Virus record (IMG/VR): IMGVR_UViG_3300048580_000994
Location: 1 to 64,000 of that record
DNA length: 64,000 nt
From: a virus
Strand: one strand, 5' to 3'
Shown here: positions 37,004-47,008 of the stretch, piece by piece
How the letters are laid out: the number at the start of each line of letters is the position of its first letter
Numbering within the stretch: position 1 is the first letter of the stretch
Notes under the pieces: generated by a model
What the model was told of the DNA's origin: nothing
The model's input: only the letters and a program-made list of their open reading frames with translations
Databases searched by the model: none
Program-made: the position numbers and the translations under genes

Positions 37004-37450
37004 GTGCTGGTTATGTATGCTATTGAGTCTTTTGATTTTAATGACACTTTTGAAAAATGCAAGAACATTGGTTGGGAGAGCTACGTTACAAAGGTGGAAA
37101 GTATTAAGGCTGCCAATAGTCGTCCTACTCGTGCGTTGACTTTTGGTGATATTACCAAGCGTTTGAAGAGGAATAATGTGGTTATTGTTTATTCTGCATC
37201 TCGTCATTTTCGGTCTGTTACTAAAGAGGTGATTATTGGTACTGGTGTTCATTATTTCAATAATGGCAGCAAGGATGCTTTTCTTAATAAGAAGGTTGTT
37301 TATTCTGGTGGTCTTGTGGACACTCTGCATTTGTTTGTTGGTGATCGGAATCTTCGGGCTGGTATTGTTAATGGATATAATGATTGGTTTTTGTTTGCCA
37401 ATCTGTATGATGCTGAACAGTGGTCCAACAAGGAACATGTTGTTTGTTAA
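37004..37450 (+). CDS. Hypothetical early protein (start likely 37013)
   Basis: TTGACA-17-TATAGT promoter, GAGGAG RBS. Confidence 0.65.
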   Translation: MLVMYAIESFDFNDTFEKCKNIGWESYVTKVESIKAANSRPTRALTFGDITKRLKRNNVVIVYSASRHFRSVTKEVIIGTGVHYFNNGSKDAFLNKKVVYSGGLVDTLHLFVGDRNLRAGIVNGYNDWFLFANLYDAEQWSNKEHVVC

Positions 37451-37519
37451 ATTGAGACTGATAATGGAAAATAGAATTCCTAAAGGAATTCTATTTTCAA
37501 GAAATTATTTTAGATAATC

Positions 37520-38092
37520 TCAATTAATGTTTGAGTACTCATTTTTGACTTGTTCAAATATTGTATTTGGCAATTCTACTTGTAATAAATTTTTTAAATG
37601 TTTGATACATTCTTTTACTACTGCTACTGTTTCTACCAAATGTCCATTATTGCCTCTAACATCTGTTGGTGTGTATTCTCTCCAATATTTAATTAAAGTT
37701 TCTCCGTGTGTTGTTTTCAATTTGTTATTTACTGCGAAACCGAGTATGGATGCTTTATTGTTGGAATTATAAATTTTCCCTGTTACGTAGAATTTAAATT
37801 TTGTTTTTCTTTGACGGTTTGGGTTATTGCGTAATACATCATTATTATCAAAGGTATCATATGAAGCATCATTTCTTACCATTTCCACTTGAAAGTTTGG
37901 TTTTATTAATTTATTAAGTTTGTTTGCGACTATTTTTAATTTATTGATTGTGTATATATATTCTTTACCTTCTTCTTCGAATGGTTCATCGAACAATGTG
38001 TTTTTGGCTGCAATGACTGATTTTTTGATTGCATTGAAATCTTCGTTTATTTTGGTAGCTTCCATTAATTTTCTCATATCTGTGGCTGACAT
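37520..38092 (-). CDS. Late protein with DMRKLME N-terminus
   Basis: AAGGAG RBS; N-terminus shared with 63363 ORF. Confidence 0.65.
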   Translation of the reverse strand: MSATDMRKLMEATKINEDFNAIKKSVIAAKNTLFDEPFEEEGKEYIYTINKLKIVANKLNKLIKPNFQVEMVRNDASYDTFDNNDVLRNNPNRQRKTKFKFYVTGKIYNSNNKASILGFAVNNKLKTTHGETLIKYWREYTPTDVRGNNGHLVETVAVVKECIKHLKNLLQVELPNTIFEQVKNEYSNIN

Positions 38093-38196
38093 AATAATTT
38101 CTCCTTAAAATTTGTTATATAAATATATTTATTTTTTCCATAAAATCGCTTGACTAAAAATTAAAATCTGTTATACTGATTTAATCAAATGATGGA

Positions 38197-38502
38197 GTGA
38201 CTATTATGAACATCGCCCGAGAAATTTTTCGTCAGCTTGGTGGGAATCGTTTTTCTGTTATGACTGGTTCGAAGAATTATACCAGCATTGGGAATGGGCT
38301 GCAGTTTAGCCTCCCCAAGCGATATAATGGTATTAATAAGATTTCCATTACTCTTGAAGGGGATGACACTTACACTGTGCGGGGATATTATTTTAGTGTG
38401 TCCAAGTTGACCTGTGATATGGTTCAAGAAGTTTCTGGGGTATATTGTGAAAATCTGCAGGAGGTATTTACTTCCATGACTGGATTGTATACTAGGCTTT
38501 AA
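38197..38502 (+). CDS. Conserved hypothetical phage protein
   Basis: IFRQLGGNRFSVMTG..DDTY..VYCENLQEVF..TGLYTRL; early promoter. Confidence 0.7.
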   Translation: MTIMNIAREIFRQLGGNRFSVMTGSKNYTSIGNGLQFSLPKRYNGINKISITLEGDDTYTVRGYYFSVSKLTCDMVQEVSGVYCENLQEVFTSMTGLYTRL

Positions 38503-38684
38503 AGAAAAATTTAAATATTGAAAAGCACCCTTGTGGTGCTTTTTTTGTGAGTAATTTCTGAGTATAAAAATATATTATCTGAGTGTTGTGGAGATAATAA
38601 ATTTGCATTGGTGTGCTCTGAGTGGTATATTGGTGTTATAGAGTGAAGTTTTGCACTCACAACCATTATGGATAGGAGATTGCT

Positions 38685-39296
38685 ATGGGGAAAAATTTTA
38701 TATTAAAAGTTGCTACTACATTATCTGATGGTGGGGTTGATATTAAGAGTTTTAATTCTGAAGTAAATGAATTGATTTTGCGAGATTCAACTGGTGAAGA
38801 ATACGTACTGATTAAAAAGTCTAATTTGCCTGTAACAATTATTCCAAGGATTCAGGCTCCTGTATTACAGCCAACACAGACCGCTGCACCAATTACTAGG
38901 AATACAAATGGTAGATTTGTTATTAATGGGCAGCTTGTTCGTTATACAAAGAAAAGGGTTATTAATGGTATTAATGTTGAACTTACTGCTAATGGTAGGA
39001 CAACGTATAATTCAAATGGTAAACGTGGTGGGACTAACGGTATTACACTACTTGCGGGTTCGATGATTTTGGTTCATCATAGTAAAAATATGGGGGATAA
39101 TATTATTGAAATAAAGAATGAATTATTAAATGTTGGGTGGTTGAAACTTTGTCAGAATAATAATCTTGTTTATATTCTTGATAATGATGTTTATTTTGAT
39201 AAAATATCATCAGCCACTACTCTTATCAATGGGCAGCGAATGGATGGTTATCGGGCTAAAGTAATGTATAAACCAGATAATTGGCAATGTGTATAA
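38685..39296 (+). CDS. DUF4357-like domain protein
   Basis: LLAGS..DVYFDKISSATTLING..G. Confidence 0.6.
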   Translation: MGKNFILKVATTLSDGGVDIKSFNSEVNELILRDSTGEEYVLIKKSNLPVTIIPRIQAPVLQPTQTAAPITRNTNGRFVINGQLVRYTKKRVINGINVELTANGRTTYNSNGKRGGTNGITLLAGSMILVHHSKNMGDNIIEIKNELLNVGWLKLCQNNNLVYILDNDVYFDKISSATTLINGQRMDGYRAKVMYKPDNWQCV

Positions 39297-39456
39297 AATA
39301 TTAAAAAAAGCACCCTTGTGGTGCTTTTTTTGTGAGCAATTTTTAATCCTGAAAAAAAGTTAAAAAGAGTCGAAAAAGGTCTTGCAATAATTTCTAAACC
39401 TGCTATTATGATAATAACAGATGGATAGTCCAAATGTTCCAAAAGGAGATTATATT

Positions 39457-39990
39457 ATGGGTAACGAAATGATGTTGACTGTTGCGAAGCTTTTCTCCAA
39501 CAGTGGTATTTCTTGGAGCGTTAATGAGGAACGGGATAGGATGACTGTTTTTGGTTCTGATGGTTCTGAGTATGTTTTTCAGAAAATTTCCAGTGACCTT
39601 CGCAATGAACAAGGTCGGTTTGTCGTTAATGGGCAGAATGTTGTGATGAACAGTAAGCGCAAGATTAACGGGAAGATGGTTTCCTTTACTGCGACTGGTA
39701 TTACCATGTATAATGGGTCGAAGAATTCTGATAATGGTGGTGCCAACTCTATTATGCTTGAAGCTGGGACGTTGGTGTGTAATGTTGAGCATCATGCTCG
39801 TGGGCTTCATGGGATTGGTGCTGACGTTGAAGCTCAGAAGATGATGTTTATCAATAATGATATTTTGGGTGAGTTTGATGAATATCGGATGATTCTTCGG
39901 GAAGATATTCATTTTGTGTCGATTTCAGCTGCTACTACTTTCATCCTTGGGAGGTTTGCCAACGGGTATGAGCATTGGGATTTGGTTTGA
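39457..39990 (+). CDS. DUF4357-like domain protein, paralogue of 38685
   Basis: GRFVVNGQ shared; DIHFVSISAATTFILGRFANGYEHW. Confidence 0.6.
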   Translation: MGNEMMLTVAKLFSNSGISWSVNEERDRMTVFGSDGSEYVFQKISSDLRNEQGRFVVNGQNVVMNSKRKINGKMVSFTATGITMYNGSKNSDNGGANSIMLEAGTLVCNVEHHARGLHGIGADVEAQKMMFINNDILGEFDEYRMILREDIHFVSISAATTFILGRFANGYEHWDLV

Positions 39991-40087
39991 TGGTTTTTGA
40001 GAAAAAAACCAGGGATTTACAGGAATTCAGTTGACAAGTGGTTTGAGTGTGATATAGTAAATTATAAATCAACAATAGGAGGTATCA

Positions 40088-40438
40088 ATGACTACAAAAA
40101 TTCAGAATGGTGATTTTGTGAAAACCAGCGCAAATCGCAAAATTGTTGGGGCACCAAATGGTGAAGTACATGTGTCGAGTGGTGGTAGGGCAACTATCAT
40201 TGGTAAAAAATATTTGGTTGAAGTGTTTGAGAGTAGTACTGCGATTCATGAGAATCATCACACCAGTATTGACCCTAAAGAAGCAATTCTAAAGCAACGT
40301 CTTCTTGCTAATGGGGTTATTATCCCAGATGGACCATTTAAATATGTTTTTGTCAAGCGATATGTTTTTGATAGCTTGAGTGCATACTCAAGGTTCATAT
40401 CTGGTATTAGTTCCAATGGACATACCCAAGTAAAGTAA
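40088..40438 (+). CDS. DUF4357-like domain protein
   Basis: YVFDSLSAYSRFISG..NG. Confidence 0.55.
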   Translation: MTTKIQNGDFVKTSANRKIVGAPNGEVHVSSGGRATIIGKKYLVEVFESSTAIHENHHTSIDPKEAILKQRLLANGVIIPDGPFKYVFVKRYVFDSLSAYSRFISGISSNGHTQVK

Positions 40439-40509
40439 ATATTAAAAAAGAGCACCCTTGTGGTGCTTTTTTTCTTGATTAAAAGTATAAATATGATAGT
40501 ATAAAGAAT

Positions 40510-40584
40510 GCTTTGATAGGTTAAGTGGCAAACCGCATTTCTCGTAAAAATGAGTCCCAGCTTCGACCGCTGGTCAAAGCACCA
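40510..40584 (+). tRNA. tRNA-Thr(CGT)
   Basis: CATTT-CTCGTAA-AAATG; ACCA end. Confidence 0.8.
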
Positions 40585-40600
40585 CTACAAGAAAGGTTTT

Positions 40601-41263
40601 ATGATGTTTACGTTTAATAACAAGACCAACGAAGTTCCATGGGATGAATATTTTGACATGGCTCATCAGCTTGGTATTACTCCGAATATGTTTGAATTTG
40701 ATTGGCAATTTGACAAAGAAAGTGTCAAGGAGCATTTGGAAAAATACTCCCGAGATTATTGGACTATTAATGGTTGTTATGTTGGGTTAGCATCCAATGC
40801 AGACGCTATGATGTTGGTGTTGAAATATTCTTGTAAGAAGATTGACGCCAAGGTATATTTTGGTGATATTAAGGATAGATTATCTTATAAAACCCATCCA
40901 AGAATTTTGGATAAATGCTCTGAAAAATATTTGAAGGGGTTAATTTCTGCAATGATTCGGAAGAAGACCAAAAGCATTACTCCTAACATTTGTCCCAACT
41001 ATAGCTTTACCCTTGGGGAGATCGAGGCTATTTTGGAAGATAAGATTTACGAACGAAATCGAAAAGAAACCATTGCGAGGAAAGCCCCAGAAGAACTAAA
41101 GCGTATTTCCACTCGAAAGCTTTTGAGAGCATATAGGGATTGGGCTGCTTATGAATATTATGAGGGGATTTATATTGAAGGTGTTCTGTATGGTTCTTTG
41201 GTTGTCAAGGCTGTTTTGGACGTAAGGGAACATTTGAAGAAGAAACCGAAAATTAGGAGATAA
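40601..41263 (+). CDS. Hypothetical protein
   Basis: ORF start moved past tRNA; ends REHLKKK. Confidence 0.65.
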   Translation: MMFTFNNKTNEVPWDEYFDMAHQLGITPNMFEFDWQFDKESVKEHLEKYSRDYWTINGCYVGLASNADAMMLVLKYSCKKIDAKVYFGDIKDRLSYKTHPRILDKCSEKYLKGLISAMIRKKTKSITPNICPNYSFTLGEIEAILEDKIYERNRKETIARKAPEELKRISTRKLLRAYRDWAAYEYYEGIYIEGVLYGSLVVKAVLDVREHLKKKPKIRR

Positions 41264-41328
41264 ATATTGCTATATATGATGGGATTAAGGTAGTATATGG
41301 TGATATTGGGGTGAAAAACCCCAACAAT

Positions 41329-41410
41329 GGAGGGTAGCATCCGAGGTGGATAACTGGCTTCGAACCCCAGGCCAACCGCAAGGTTGAAGTTTCGACTACT
41401 TTACCTTCCG
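41329..41410 (+). tRNA. tRNA-Ser(CGA)
   Basis: CTGG-C-TTCGAAC-C-CCAG; CAACC-GCAA-GGTTG arm; G73. Confidence 0.7.
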
Positions 41411-41455
41411 CTAAAAATTTGATAAATACTTTTAACTCTAAAATGGATTCCAATT

Positions 41456-41950
41456 ATGCGTTTAAATGATTTATCGGAAATTAAAATTTATTCCTTACAA
41501 CCTGTTGATTTTTCACCAGAACAATTGGATGAAATTTGTGACCTTATCTGTACTGGTGGTGAAGTGACAAAAGTAGGATTGGAGAAAAGAATTCGCCAAG
41601 CCAAATTAATCGCAGTTGCTGAAAAAGATGGTAGATTTGTTGCTTGTTCATCCATAAAAGTCCCAGACCCAATGTATAGAGCTAAAATTATACAAAGGGC
41701 AGGTATAATATTTAAACCTCAACTTGAATTAGGATGGGGTTTTACCCTACCAGAATATCGCAACCAAAAACTTGGGACAAAACTGAAAGAAGAATTGTTT
41801 AAAAACGTCCCCCCAACAAATGTTTATGCCACTGTTAGATTGAAGAATAAACCAGCCATCAAGGGCATCGAAAAATTTGGGTTTAAGGCTGTTGGAACAC
41901 CATATCAGGGAATGAGTGGGGATTTGATCTCCATATTTTTAGTCAGATAA
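41456..41950 (+). CDS. GNAT acetyltransferase with MRLND N-terminus
   Basis: TLPEYRNQKLG, N.PAIK..EKFGF; GATAAATA upstream. Confidence 0.85.
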   Translation: MRLNDLSEIKIYSLQPVDFSPEQLDEICDLICTGGEVTKVGLEKRIRQAKLIAVAEKDGRFVACSSIKVPDPMYRAKIIQRAGIIFKPQLELGWGFTLPEYRNQKLGTKLKEELFKNVPPTNVYATVRLKNKPAIKGIEKFGFKAVGTPYQGMSGDLISIFLVR

Positions 41951-42063
41951 AGGGCCGAATAAAATTGATTATCGGATAATAGAATTGTTAATGCAGTTTT
42001 TAGATGGTTCAAGCCCATCAATCAATCGCAAGATTGAAAAATTCAATTTTAAAACCTTGCCCT
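41951..42063 (+). ncRNA. Permutation-clamp element enclosing tRNA-like insert with GCAA-capped acceptor
   Basis: AGGGC-CGAA-TAAAATTGA-TTATC..GATGG-TTCAAGC-CCATC..TCAATC-GCAA-GATTGA..TCAATTTTA-AAACCTT-GCCCT. Confidence 0.65.
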
Positions 42064-42103
42064 TTTGATTTTTTGTGATATGATGAATAAAAGGAGAATA
42101 ATA

Positions 42104-42337
42104 ATGGATGCAACATTAGACATACCACTTCAAGTTACAGTTCGTTTGGGTAAAACAAAAATGTCCATCAAACAACTTTTGAAAATGGGTAGGGGTGCTG
42201 TATTGGAATTGGATAATTTAGTCACAGACCCAATTGAACTATTAGTCAATGGAAAGGTTGTTGCATTGGGTGAAGTTGAAATTGTTGGTGATAATTATGG
42301 GATTAAGATAACTGAAGTTTTTGGGAAAACAGCTTGA
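42104..42337 (+). CDS. fliN: Flagellar motor switch FliN (SpoA domain)
   Basis: DIPLQVTVRLGKTKMSIKQLL..GAVLELD..LLVNGK..GEV..YGIKITE. Confidence 0.9.
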   Translation: MDATLDIPLQVTVRLGKTKMSIKQLLKMGRGAVLELDNLVTDPIELLVNGKVVALGEVEIVGDNYGIKITEVFGKTA

Positions 42338-42535
42338 AAACTATAATGTGATATGATATGTTAATTAGACAAGCAGAAATTTCATTTTCGTTGTTTAGGA
42401 GAAGAAAATGTTTGAACAATTTAAAGAAGAATGGGATGAATTAGATTTTTCAGATAAGTGTGGGTTCATACTTGAAATCGCCCCATCATTAGTTTCGATC
42501 AGTGTTGCGTTGATGTTGGTTGGATATCTTGCAAT

Positions 42536-42868
42536 ATGAGTATTCAAGAAGCATATCAGAAAGCAAAACCAATATATGAAAAATCTGAAAAAGTTCGCAA
42601 TATTAAAATTAAAGATCAATTGGATGATTTGGTATTTCTAATCCCAATTTCTGGTACTGCAGTTTCATCATCATATTACAATTGTATTAATCATTGGTGT
42701 AAGAAAAATTGTCAAGATATTTGGACTATTGATTCTGGTACGCCAATAACAAATGTCATATATAGGGAAAACAGAGAACTATATGACAAAGGATATGATA
42801 ATAATCATATTATAATAATCTTTGAAAATCCCAGTGATGCAATGTTATTCAAAATGAGATGGGGATAA
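42536..42868 (+). CDS. Hypothetical protein, FKxxW family
   Basis: WC..NC..W; FENPSDAMLFKMRWG. Confidence 0.7.
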   Translation: MSIQEAYQKAKPIYEKSEKVRNIKIKDQLDDLVFLIPISGTAVSSSYYNCINHWCKKNCQDIWTIDSGTPITNVIYRENRELYDKGYDNNHIIIIFENPSDAMLFKMRWG

Positions 42869-43204
42869 TGATGTTATTTGTTCTTCAAAAACCAAGACAA
42901 GAAATAAATGAAATAATATTATGGTTAGGGAAGAATCTTGGGGAAGATTGGAAAATTGCGAACACGTCAAACCTATTTTGGAATGGCGAACTATATCTTG
43001 GGTTCGTTCTTGCCCCCAATACCTGGTAAAGCCATACATGATAAACTTTGTCATTTACGAGAAATTAATCAACCAATATTAAATTCAAATGTTAAAACGC
43101 TTGTCACGTTTGAAATCCCCAACGACAAAGCTTTATTATTTAAATTAAAATTCTGTTGACAAATTCTTTATATCTGATATGATGGTTTTTTAGAAGGAGA
43201 AGCT

Positions 43205-43477
43205 ATGTTCTGTTATGATGAAAATCCAATCAGAGGTAAGAATTTTTCGATGCCCGCTTGTGATCCCCATACCCAATGGGAGAAACATTATCGCAACATG
43301 ATGTTTTTGGAATTTCTTGCGAAAAATCCGAAGGCGACTTTTGATGAAAAAAACCAAGCAGAGCGTGAATTGCTCATTGCCCATCGTAAATTGATTTGGT
43401 GGGAACGTTATCATGGGTTTTCGCATGAAATTGCTAGTACCATCGCTGGAAAGGTTAAAAAGGAGTGGGGAAAATGA
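43205..43477 (+). CDS. Conserved hypothetical protein
   Basis: AAGGAG RBS. Confidence 0.65.
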   Translation: MFCYDENPIRGKNFSMPACDPHTQWEKHYRNMMFLEFLAKNPKATFDEKNQAERELLIAHRKLIWWERYHGFSHEIASTIAGKVKKEWGK

Positions 43478-43868
43478 CAGATTCATTGTATGACCAAATA
43501 GAAAAACAATTAAATAACAAATACCCGAAACGTCTTTTTGGGATATTTGTCTTGATTTTGTGTGCCATTGGAATTTTCGCAATCGTTCAGCGCAACAACG
43601 TAATTAACATCAAAGAACGTTGTGTCCAAGAAAAATTGAATTATATTGAATGTAATACTGTTGTGAGACTTATGAAGCATGGCAATAGCTGGAACATTGA
43701 TGCTATGTCCTTTGAAGAATCGTTGTTGGTGATTAAAAAATGAAAATTAGAAATTCACTAAAATCAGCCAAGACGAGGGATAAAAATTGCAAAATCGTCA
43801 AACGTCGTGGTAAAGTATATGTCATAAACAAACAAAACCCAAGGTTCAAGGCAAGACAATAGGAGTAT

Positions 43869-44249
43869 ATGATGAAAACGCCAAAAGTTAGGGGTACTGA
43901 TTGTAGAAAACAAAAACGCTATGTGAATGGACTTTTTAAAAAACTCAAAGTTGGTGGTTATTATACCAATTGCAACTATCATCCAGTTAGGTTGACTGAA
44001 AAAGTTTGGGAATGGCGTTTTGGTGCTGAAATTTCAGGTATTGATTTGATTACCAATGGACCAACGTCATGTTCAATGGTTCACTGTGGACCAACACCAA
44101 TTTCTGAAAAATATGCCAACGAATTGGTTGAAACTTGGAAAGAAGGTGGTGACAAAGCCCTTGCGATTAAAGTTGGTGGATGGACACCAGAGGCGTATGA
44201 TGAGTTTGAAAAAACTTGGAGAACCCCTGTGGAGGAAGGACGATTTTAA
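43869..44249 (+). CDS. Hypothetical protein
   Basis: AGGAG RBS. Confidence 0.6.
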   Translation: MMKTPKVRGTDCRKQKRYVNGLFKKLKVGGYYTNCNYHPVRLTEKVWEWRFGAEISGIDLITNGPTSCSMVHCGPTPISEKYANELVETWKEGGDKALAIKVGGWTPEAYDEFEKTWRTPVEEGRF

Positions 44250-44569
44250 TGATTCAAGAAGCCTTCAAAATCGTTGAACTGGAAAACGGGGAAATCAAAA
44301 CCCTATTCCATGGCATCAACAACTCCCGAACAATGCCGACGGGGGTTTGGTTAGAAGCAGACGAGAAAATTGTTCGTGACGGTTCTGGGGATCGCTATTA
44401 TATTTCTGGTTGGCACACTTTACCAACGTATGAGGATTGTGTAAAATATATGTCCAGATTTAAAAACAGGACAGACATCCTTACCATCGTCCCATGCGAA
44501 ATTAAAGACATTAGACTAAAGGACCATTCCAAATCACCAGTGAATTTGTCCAAGTATATAAAATTTTAG
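44249..44569 (+). CDS. Hypothetical protein
   Basis: TAATG coupling; KTLFHG..W..SGWH. Confidence 0.6.
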   Translation: MIQEAFKIVELENGEIKTLFHGINNSRTMPTGVWLEADEKIVRDGSGDRYYISGWHTLPTYEDCVKYMSRFKNRTDILTIVPCEIKDIRLKDHSKSPVNLSKYIKF

Positions 44570-45075
44570 GAGATTGATATGCCAAGAATGTTAGACGAAG
44601 AAACATCAGCGAAAATGATTTGTCCCTACCTTCAAGATAAATGCCACACCCGCACTTGTATGGCTTGGCGTTTTGAAGACAAACCAATTCCAGAAGACGA
44701 GAAGAACCCTAAATTTAGAGGGTATTGTGTTATAATGGAAAAATAAGAGTTGAATTCATTCTCATGTTGCCCAGCAGTGCAACATAAATGATAAAATCGC
44801 TAATTTAATATGCTCTATTGCGCTTTCAAGTATTAAATGTGCGTAAACCGGAATTCGTAAAATATTAAGGAAATTTTATCAACTGCACCATCTTATCCTT
44901 GACACCAACTAAATATCTTGCTAATATATCCTGATGACGTTAGAAAGGATTGTATGATGATTATCACCAGTGGGGTCATTTTTTTGATTTGGCTTCTTAG
45001 CTTATTTTCCAGTAAAGCACCAAGTGGATTCATTTTCGTCATTTGGTTCTTTAGTCTTTTTTGTCTGTGAATCAA

Positions 45076-45903
45076 ATGAAACAAAAAACATTAACCAAAA
45101 CAATATCGTTCTCAGGTGTAGGACTTCACAATGGTAAACAGGTTAATGTTTTACTCTTACCAGCCCCACTAAACACCGGAATTATTTTTCAGCGAACAGA
45201 CGTTGGGGGAAATAATATCATCCCAGCCTTGTGGAACCTTGTCCACACAACCAACCTAAACACTTGTTTGAAAAATGACAACGACGTTACCATTTCCACA
45301 ATTGAACACTTGATGGCAGCATTATCAGCCTCTAACGTCACCAATTGTCATATCCAAGTCAACGGACCAGAAATTCCAATTTTGGATGGCTCTGCAGATA
45401 TTTTTTACCAGACAATCAAACCCGATACCACAGAACAAAAACTGAACCAAAAATCCATCAAGATTTTGAAACCAATAACCACCCAAACAGTGTCTTTGAT
45501 TCCGGCTGACGAATTTTCCATTGAACTTTTTATTGATTTCCCAGCCAAAATCATAGGGACACAATCATTCCACTATCGAGACAACTTCCCTGAAATCTCC
45601 CAAGCCAGAACCTTTGGGTTTGGGAACGAGATTGACTACCTTCGGAAAAATAACCTTGCCTTGGGTGGGAGTTTGGATAACGCTATCGTTGTGGCTAACG
45701 ATGGGGAAACGATTTTGAACGATGGTGGGCTGAAATACAATGATGAATTCGTCCGTCATAAAGTCATCGATGCTATCGGGGATTTGTATCTCGCTGGTTA
45801 CCCAATCATTGGTAAATTCATTGGGGTAGGTTCTGGACATTCAATGAATAACGCCCTATTGCGGGAACTTTTCAAAAACCAAGATTGTTGGGAGATGGTA
45901 TGA
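45076..45903 (+). CDS. lpxC: UDP-3-O-acyl-GlcNAc deacetylase
   Basis: QKTL..GVGLH, TIEHLMAAL, EIPILDGSA, ARTFGF, GGSLDNA, EFVRHKVIDAIGDL, SGH. Confidence 0.95.
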   Translation: MKQKTLTKTISFSGVGLHNGKQVNVLLLPAPLNTGIIFQRTDVGGNNIIPALWNLVHTTNLNTCLKNDNDVTISTIEHLMAALSASNVTNCHIQVNGPEIPILDGSADIFYQTIKPDTTEQKLNQKSIKILKPITTQTVSLIPADEFSIELFIDFPAKIIGTQSFHYRDNFPEISQARTFGFGNEIDYLRKNNLALGGSLDNAIVVANDGETILNDGGLKYNDEFVRHKVIDAIGDLYLAGYPIIGKFIGVGSGHSMNNALLRELFKNQDCWEMV

Positions 45904-46340
45904 AACCTGAAATAACATATTTTCCCAGTGGTCCAAAACATCAAGAAACTTGGTATTTGGATGATTATGACACTGTGCATCGTATTGGTGGACCTGCAAA
46001 TCAACAATGGTACACAAATGGGTTATTATTTAGCGAGGCATGGATGGAATATGGTTTGCTTCATCGTGTTGATGGACCTGCAATAAGATTTTGGTTTAGA
46101 AATGGGCAGTTGCGTTCGATTAGATGGGCTATCAATGGAAAAACACATCGTATTGGTGGTCCAGCATTTCAAACTTGGGATGAAAATTGGCAAAAACAAA
46201 AAGAACAATGGTGGGTGAATGACATTGAAAAAACCAATGAAATCCTTCAATGGATAGAAAAAGATAATATTGAGTTGGATGAAAATCACAGCATCGTCAA
46301 GAAGAACGATTTAATGATTTTTAAATTGAAATTTGGCTGA
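45900..46340 (+). CDS. HRxxGPA-repeat (MORN-like) protein with FKLKF tail
   Basis: Three HRIGGPA/HRVDGPA repeats. Confidence 0.75.
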   Translation: MKPEITYFPSGPKHQETWYLDDYDTVHRIGGPANQQWYTNGLLFSEAWMEYGLLHRVDGPAIRFWFRNGQLRSIRWAINGKTHRIGGPAFQTWDENWQKQKEQWWVNDIEKTNEILQWIEKDNIELDENHSIVKKNDLMIFKLKFG

Positions 46341-46926
46341 GTTATGTTATAATGAGAATTATCTATGTGTGTGCTGGGGAAGATTTTTCCCATTCGTATG
46401 TGACCCTGCTTTATTCTCAATCCGAGCAGGAGTGTACCCGAGACCAGCAGCAGTGTTCTTTAGTGAGCATCAGTCCCCAAATTTGAGACACTGGGAACGG
46501 TAGATAATAAACTAAATACCTTTATAACCCCTTTGAGAATTTTAATTATGGATAAAGATTTTGAAGATCATATAAAAAGTGTTAAAGAAAGTTCTGAAAA
46601 ATTTAGAGAAGAACATGAGGAAGAACTGCTTGAACGATGCAGAAATGTATTAACAGATGATTTTGAAACAAGGGCTGCAGAATTGCAAATTCGTTCAAAA
46701 ATTTTTAGAGAAGAAAATAAAGAAAAATTAAAATATATGCTTTTGAAAGCCAACGAAGGTCTTAAAAATATGGGAAAATAATAAAAATAATTATTGACTG
46801 TAATGACATTTTAGGATATATTGGGAAAATAAGAAGTAGGAAATAATTTTTTGAGAATCGTTGAAAAAAATTAAACGGATTTTGAAATGGACGATAAATA
46901 AAAATATGAAGTAAAGGTTACAATTT

Positions 46927-46998
46927 GCGTCGTTAGTTCAGCGGTAGAACTCTGTCTTTACACGGCAGCTGTCGGTGGTTCGATCCCATCACGACGCA
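46927..46998 (+). tRNA. tRNA-Val(TAC)
   Basis: CTGTC-TTTACAC-GGCAG. Confidence 0.9.
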
Positions 46999-47008
46999 CT
47001 TATAATTT

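Larger units (their letters stand above)
38521..40473 (+). terminator. Three copies of terminator AGCACCCTTGTGGTGCTTTTT (38521, 39306, 40451)
   Basis: Identical hairpin + U-tract repeated. Confidence 0.8.
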
